From NCBI RefSeq assembly GCF_042660085.1, contig NZ_JBHSTI010000008.1:1839876-1871875 (forward strand): DNA of 32,000 nt. The letters are read 5' to 3'. The notes under the pieces are model-generated. The model saw only the letters and a program-made list of their open reading frames with translations, was not told where the DNA came from and did no database searches. Shown here one piece after another: positions 27,336-32,000 of the stretch (position 1 is its first letter; each line of letters opens with the position of its first letter). The position numbers and the translations under genes are program-made. Source of the stretch: Longivirga aurantiaca. Its GTDB lineage: Bacteria; Actinomycetota; Actinomycetes; S36-B12; CAIYMF01.

Positions 27336-28373
27336 ATGGTCATCGTCATGGCGCCCGGCGCCACCGACGCGCAGATCGATGCCGTCATCACCCGCGTGAC
27401 CACCGCGGGCGGCGAGGCGTTCGTCAGCCGCGGCGACACCCGCACGATCGTGGGTCTCGTCGGCGACGTCGACAAGTTCCACGGCCTCAACCTGCGCACG
27501 CTGCCCGGCGTCGCGGAGGTCGTGCGGATCTCGACTCCGTTCAAGCTCGTCAGCCGCCAGCACCACCCCGACATGTCGACCGTGTACGTCGGCGAGACGC
27601 GCGTGCCGATCGGCCCGGACACCTTCACCCTCATCGCCGGCCCGTGCGCGGTCGAGACGCCCGAGCAGACCCTCGAGGCCGCGCAGATGGCCCTCGCCGC
27701 CGGCGCCACGCTGCTGCGCGGCGGCGCGTTCAAGCCGCGCTCCTCGCCGTACGCGTTCCAGGGCCTCGGCGAGCGCGGCCTGCAGATCCTGGCCGACGTG
27801 CGCGCCGAGACCGGCCTGCCCGTGGTCACCGAGGTCGTCGACGTGGCCGACGTCGAGCTCGTCGCGTCGTACGCCGACATGCTGCAGATCGGCACGCGCA
27901 ACGCCCAGAACTTCACGCTCCTGCAGGCGGTCGGCGACATCGGCAAGCCGGTGATGCTCAAGCGCGGCATGAGCTCCACGATCGAGGAGTGGCTCATGGC
28001 CGCGGAGTACATCGCTCAGCGCGGGAACCTCGACATCGTGCTGTGCGAGCGCGGCATCCGGACCTTCGAGAAGGCCACCCGCAACACCCTCGACATCGCG
28101 GCCGTGCCGGTGGCGCACGACCTGTCGCACCTGCCGATCGTCGTCGACCCGTCGCACTCGGGCGGCCGGCGCGACCTCGTCGTGCCCCTCTCGCGCGCCG
28201 CGATCGCCGTCGGTGCGGACGGCATCATCGTCGACGTGCACCCGCACCCGGAGAGCGCGCTCTGCGACGGGCCCCAGGCGCTCGTCGACAGCGACCTCCG
28301 CGCACTGGCCACCGCCGTCCGCCAGCTCGCGCCGCTCTCCGACCGCCGCCCCGCCGCGCCCCTCGGCCGCTGA
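27336..28373 (+). CDS. aroF: 3-deoxy-7-phosphoheptulonate synthase (DAHP synthase) with N-terminal ferredoxin-like domain
   Basis: MVIVMAPGATDAQIDAVITRVTTAGGEAFVSRGDTRTIVGLVGD..., IAGPCAVETPEQ..., LLRGGAFKPRSSPYAFQGLGERGLQIL, IGTRNAQNFTLLQAVG, LKRGMSSTIEEWLMAAEYI, VVDPSHSGGRR. Confidence 0.96.
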   Translation: MVIVMAPGATDAQIDAVITRVTTAGGEAFVSRGDTRTIVGLVGDVDKFHGLNLRTLPGVAEVVRISTPFKLVSRQHHPDMSTVYVGETRVPIGPDTFTLIAGPCAVETPEQTLEAAQMALAAGATLLRGGAFKPRSSPYAFQGLGERGLQILADVRAETGLPVVTEVVDVADVELVASYADMLQIGTRNAQNFTLLQAVGDIGKPVMLKRGMSSTIEEWLMAAEYIAQRGNLDIVLCERGIRTFEKATRNTLDIAAVPVAHDLSHLPIVVDPSHSGGRRDLVVPLSRAAIAVGADGIIVDVHPHPESALCDGPQALVDSDLRALATAVRQLAPLSDRRPAAPLGR

Positions 28374-28378
28374 CCGGC

Positions 28379-28448
28379 GATCTGCCCCCGGATCCGTCGC
28401 TTCCCTCGGCGTTCTGTCGTGAAGTCACGACAGAACCGGGGGCAGATC
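28379..28448. terminator. Double nested inverted repeat between convergent genes, probable bidirectional terminator
   Basis: Outer perfect 13-bp arms GATCTGCCCCCGG (28379-28391) / CCGGGGGCAGATC (28436-28448); inner perfect 11-bp arms TTCTGTCGTGA (28412-28422) / TCACGACAGAA (28425-28435). Confidence 0.7.
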
Positions 28449-28455
28449 CCCGGCG

Positions 28456-30603
28456 CTAGGCCGGGTCGTGGACGTGCGGCAGGAGGCGGTCGAGCCAGGC
28501 CGGCAGCCACCAGTTCCAGTCGCCGAGCAGCGTCATGGTCGACGGCACGAGCAGACCGCGCACGATGGTCGCGTCGACGGCCACAGCGGCCGCCATGCCC
28601 ACGCCCATCATCTTGATGACCGGGTCGCTGCTCATCGTGAAGCTGAGGAAGACGCAGATCATGATGAGCGCCGCCGAGGTGATCACCCGACCGGTCTTGG
28701 CCATGCCGCTCGCCACCGAGGCGCGCCCGTCGCCGGTCGCCACCCACTCCTCGCGCACCGCGGTGAGCACGAAGACCTCGTAGTCGGTCGAGAGCCCGAA
28801 CAGCACGGCGAACATCAGCAGCGGCACATAGCTCTCGATCGGCACCGGCGCCTCGAGCCCGAGGAGCCCCGCGCCCCAGCCCCAGGTGAAGACCGCGACG
28901 AGGATGCCGTACGCCGCCCCGACCGATAGCAGGTTCATGAGCGCCGCCTTGAGCGCCACGATCGGCGCGCGGAACGCCACGAGCAGCAGCAGCGTCGCCA
29001 CGAGCACGACCGCCCCGACGACGAGCACCATGCGGCTGGAGATCCGGTCGGTGAGATCGCCCTTGCCCGCGGTGAACCCGCCCACGTGCGTCTCCGCTTC
29101 GGGCGCAGCGGCAGGCAGCACGTCGGAGCGCAGCGAGGCGACGAGGTCCTGCGTGGCCGGGTCGGACGGCGCGGTGGTCGGCTGAGCCGAGAGCCGCACC
29201 ACGAGCCCGTCGTCCGACACCTGCGGCGGCGTCACCGCGGCAACGCCGTCGGCCCCCTGCACCGCCTTGGCGAGCGCAAGGGCGGCGGGGTCGGTGGGGC
29301 CCGACAGGGCCGAGGGGTACGTCGCCGTCACGAGCAACGGTCCGTTCGCGCCCGGCCCGAAGCCGTCCGAGAGCAGGTCGTACGACTGACGCTGCTCGGT
29401 CGAGGTGGGCCACGACCCGGCGTCGAGCTGCCCGAGGCGAAGGTCGAGCGCGGGCGCGGCGAGCAGGCCCAGCACGACCGTGCTGCCGAGCAGCACCGCC
29501 CACGGCCGACGGGCCACGCGGCGTGCGAGCCGCGCCCATCCGCCGGCCTCGCCGAGCGACTCAGGCTTGCGGGTCGCGAGCCGCGGGCCGAGCCACGCGA
29601 GCATCGCGGGCAGCAGCGTCACCGCGGCGACGCACGCCACCAGCACCGCGAGGCCCGACGCGATCGCCAGGCTCCGCATCAGCGGCATGCCGACCAGGGC
29701 GAGCCCGGACAGCGCCGCGATCACCGAGAACCCGGCGAACAGCACCGCGCGGCCGGCCGTCGCCGTGGTCGTCGTCGCGGCCCGCACCGGGTCCTGGCCG
29801 TCGACGAGGGCGCGTTGGAACCGGTTGAGACCGAACAGCGCGTAGTCGATGCCGACTCCGAGCCCGATCATCGAGGCGAGCGACGGCGCCACGGCCGGGA
29901 TGTCGACGGCGTACCCGAGCAGGCCGAGCGCGAGGATCGACACGGCGAGGCCGACGATCGCGGTGCCGAGCGGCAGCAGCGCGGCTGCGACCGAGCCGAA
30001 CGCGACGAGCAGGATCACGAGCGCCGCCACGAGTCCGATGAGCTCGGCGCGACGGTTGGTCTCACGGTCGAGCACGGCGGCGAGCTGGTCGGCGGGCGCC
30101 ACCGAGATGCCTGCCTCGGCGACCGCATCGGTGACGCTCGAGGTCAGCTGCTCGGCCAGCGGGCGCGTGATGTCCTTGCCCGAGACGGTGAGCACCACCG
30201 AGATCGTGCCGATGGTGCCGTCGTCCGAGAGCTGCCCGTTCCTCGCCGTCGGGGCGGTCGCGCTCGCCACCTCGGGCAGCGTCTCGAGCGCCGTCACCGC
30301 ATCGTCGAGAGCGGCCTTCTGCTCGGCGCCGGTGAGGGCGTCGGCCGTCACCACGATGCGCTGGGCCGGGTTGGGCGCGTCGGGGAACGCCGCGCGGGAG
30401 ACGTCGATCGCCGCCTGGCTGTCGGCGCCGGGAATGGTGAGGTCGTCGGTGGTCGCGGGGCCGAACCGGCCGATGAGCAGGCCCAGCACGACCGCCAGCA
30501 GGAGCCACGCCGCGACCACGCGTCGCGGGTGCTGGGCGCACCGACGTCCGAGCCGCGCGGTCCAGCCGAGGGGCACATCGGTCGCGTGGGCGGCGGTGGG
30601 CAC
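28456..30603 (-). CDS. MMPL/RND-family transporter
   Basis: Two MMPL halves: AQHPRRVVAAWLLLAVVLGLLIGRFGP..., GLGVGIDYALFGLNRFQRAL..., LFGLSTDYEVFVLTAVREEW..., VAVDATIVRGLLVPSTMTLLGDWNWWLPAWLDRLLP. GTG start at 30603. Confidence 0.95.
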   Translation of the reverse strand: MPTAAHATDVPLGWTARLGRRCAQHPRRVVAAWLLLAVVLGLLIGRFGPATTDDLTIPGADSQAAIDVSRAAFPDAPNPAQRIVVTADALTGAEQKAALDDAVTALETLPEVASATAPTARNGQLSDDGTIGTISVVLTVSGKDITRPLAEQLTSSVTDAVAEAGISVAPADQLAAVLDRETNRRAELIGLVAALVILLVAFGSVAAALLPLGTAIVGLAVSILALGLLGYAVDIPAVAPSLASMIGLGVGIDYALFGLNRFQRALVDGQDPVRAATTTTATAGRAVLFAGFSVIAALSGLALVGMPLMRSLAIASGLAVLVACVAAVTLLPAMLAWLGPRLATRKPESLGEAGGWARLARRVARRPWAVLLGSTVVLGLLAAPALDLRLGQLDAGSWPTSTEQRQSYDLLSDGFGPGANGPLLVTATYPSALSGPTDPAALALAKAVQGADGVAAVTPPQVSDDGLVVRLSAQPTTAPSDPATQDLVASLRSDVLPAAAPEAETHVGGFTAGKGDLTDRISSRMVLVVGAVVLVATLLLLVAFRAPIVALKAALMNLLSVGAAYGILVAVFTWGWGAGLLGLEAPVPIESYVPLLMFAVLFGLSTDYEVFVLTAVREEWVATGDGRASVASGMAKTGRVITSAALIMICVFLSFTMSSDPVIKMMGVGMAAAVAVDATIVRGLLVPSTMTLLGDWNWWLPAWLDRLLPHVHDPA

Positions 30604-30637
30604 CCGCGCACCCTACGGGCGGGGGCACCCGGTCGCC

Positions 30638-31009
30638 CTACGGACGGTCGAGCAGGCCCTCGAGGGCGACGACCTCCGCGGCGAGCCGGTGCGACCGCTC
30701 GCTGCTGCCGTACACAGCCATGGCCGACCTGCGCTCGCTGATCTCGACGCGAACCAGCGCGGCGACGTCGTCGTCGGTCAGGACGCGCCGCTCCGCCTCG
30801 GCGGCGCCCACCCCGGCTGCCGCGCCCGCGACGTGCTCGGACTGCAGGGTCCCCGCGTCGCTGCCGGCGGGCAGAGGGACGGCCTCGGCGTTGCCGATCG
30901 CACCGAGGAGGCTGCGCAGCGCCGACACGGTGACGGCGTCGTGCGAACGGACGGCTTCGCTCAGCCAGGTGCGGGCGCGGTTCTCGATCGCCGTCGTGTG
31001 GTCGTTCAC
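30638..31009 (-). CDS. GatB/YqeY-domain-like protein (short)
   Basis: ENRARTWLSEAVRSHDAVTVSALRSLLGAIGNAEAV...LTDDDVAALVRVEISERRSAMAVYGSSERSHRLAAEVVALEGLL. GTG start at 31009. Confidence 0.7.
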   Translation of the reverse strand: MNDHTTAIENRARTWLSEAVRSHDAVTVSALRSLLGAIGNAEAVPLPAGSDAGTLQSEHVAGAAAGVGAAEAERRVLTDDDVAALVRVEISERRSAMAVYGSSERSHRLAAEVVALEGLLDRP

Positions 31010-31034
31010 GGCCCGATCCTGTCAGGGATCGCCG

Positions 31035-31592
31035 TCAGTCGAAGAGGGTGCCCTCGTCGGCGGGTCGGGCCCCCTCGTGCGCGAGCAGCGCCGCCTTGAC
31101 CCGCAGGCCGTAGGCGTAGCCGCCGAGGGTGCCGTCGGTGCGCAGGATGCGGTGGCAGGGGACGAACGGCGCGACCTTGTTGCGGGCACAGGCCTGGCCG
31201 GCGGCGCGGACGGCGGCCGGGCTGCCGGCGCGCTCGGCGAGGCCGGCGTAGGAATCGGTCTCCCCCGCCTTCACCCCGCGCAGCTCGTCCCACGCGCGCT
31301 GCAGGAACGGCCCTCCGGGCTGGCTCACGAGGACGTCGTCGAGCGCGTCGACGTCGCCGCCGGCGTACCGCTCGAGCGCGTCGACGGCCGCCTTCGTGGC
31401 GCCACCGCCGCGCGGCGCCGGGTGGTGGCCACGCGCCTGCTCGGCCTCGGTCAGGAACGCGAACGTCGCGTCGAGGCTCTTCCAGCCCGAGGCCACCACG
31501 GCGCCCGTGACCGGGTCGGCGACGACGACCACCGAGCCGCCCGGGAGGGCGACCTCGGCCGTCTCGTACGGCGGCAGCGTGTCGACGGTCAT
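31035..31592 (-). CDS. ogt: Methylated-DNA--[protein]-cysteine S-methyltransferase
   Basis: Active-site motif ARNKVAPFVPCHRILRTDGTLGGYAYGLRVKAALLAHEG. Confidence 0.95.
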   Translation of the reverse strand: MTVDTLPPYETAEVALPGGSVVVVADPVTGAVVASGWKSLDATFAFLTEAEQARGHHPAPRGGGATKAAVDALERYAGGDVDALDDVLVSQPGGPFLQRAWDELRGVKAGETDSYAGLAERAGSPAAVRAAGQACARNKVAPFVPCHRILRTDGTLGGYAYGLRVKAALLAHEGARPADEGTLFD

Positions 31593-32000
31593 GACGGCTC
31601 CTTCACGGGGGCGGGGGCGAGCGAGGTCCAGAGGTGCTGGGCGGCGTACGAGCGCCACGGGCTCCAGGCCGAGACGTGGGCGCCGAGGGCACGGGCGGCC
31701 TCGGGCAGGCCGAGCGCGCCGGCGGCGTGCCGCAGGCCGAGGTCGGACGCCGGGAACGCGTCGGGGTCGGCCAGAGCGCGCAGCCGCACGTAGCCGGTGG
31801 TCCACGGGCCGGCCCCCGGGATCGCGAGCAGCGCGGCCTCGACCTCGTCGAGGTCGGGCGAGCCGAGCGCCACGCTGCCGTCGGCGACGGCGGCCGCGAG
31901 CGCCACCAGCGTGCGCGCCCGCGACCCGGGCATCCCGGTGATGGCAGCGGGGTCGAGCGCGGCGATCGCCGCCGGCCGCGGGAACGCGCGCAGGCCGCTC
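31589..32000 (-). CDS. AlkA-like DNA-3-methyladenine glycosylase (C-terminal part; 5' end beyond window)
   Basis: VEAALLAIPGAGPWTTGYVRLRALADPDAFPASDLGLRHAAGALG...AWSPWRSYAAQHLWTSL (HhH-GPD motif LxxIPGxGPWTAxYVxLR). Open to the window end; 4-nt overlap (ATGA) with ogt. Confidence 0.9.
   Translation of the reverse strand, partial: SGLRAFPRPAAIAALDPAAITGMPGSRARTLVALAAAVADGSVALGSPDLDEVEAALLAIPGAGPWTTGYVRLRALADPDAFPASDLGLRHAAGALGLPEAARALGAHVSAWSPWRSYAAQHLWTSLAPAPVKEPS

Noticed and set aside
27193-27399. Possible leader peptide (MATGPGLPGWVAVALPDAHHP...) for aroF attenuation
   Set aside because: Only one Trp codon before the hairpin, no run of aromatic codons, and the frame runs into aroF; not a convincing ribosome-stalling leader. 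The hairpin alone is kept as a finding.

Overview
High-GC actinobacterial (Cellulomonadaceae-like) chromosomal window with about 28 supported CDSs and no rRNA, tRNA, CRISPR or IS element that I can support. The main theme is carotenoid biosynthesis in four separated blocks. (i) 2199-7003: a CrtA-like (spheroidene monooxygenase family) protein, a small membrane ORF, a CruF-family carotenoid 1',2'-hydratase, a CruG-like glycosyltransferase and a CrtI/CrtD-family desaturase. (ii) 11966-14713: polyprenyl synthetase (crtE/idsA) and phytoene desaturase (crtI). (iii) 20209-21165: phytoene synthase (crtB). (iv) 23775-25011: a PPOX-family flavoprotein, CrtYc-type and CrtYd-type heterodimeric lycopene cyclase subunits, joined by 4-nt overlaps. 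Blocks ii-iv lie inside a neighbourhood resembling the mycobacterial/corynebacterial metF | idsA - mptA - pknL - aroG locus: metF, GGPP synthase, MptA/B-like mannosyltransferase plus two tandem GT87-like paralogs, a PASTA Ser/Thr kinase and DAHP synthase. Other items are a barstar plus putative lipoprotein barnase pair, a DUF222/HNH protein, an MMPL transporter, Ogt plus an AlkA-like gene, and several strong intergenic inverted repeats. The best candidate for something under-described is the inferred pathway to a 2'-oxygenated, 1'-hydroxylated and glycosylated monocyclic (or acyclic) carotenoid. All family calls come from recognising protein motifs by eye; no database search was run.
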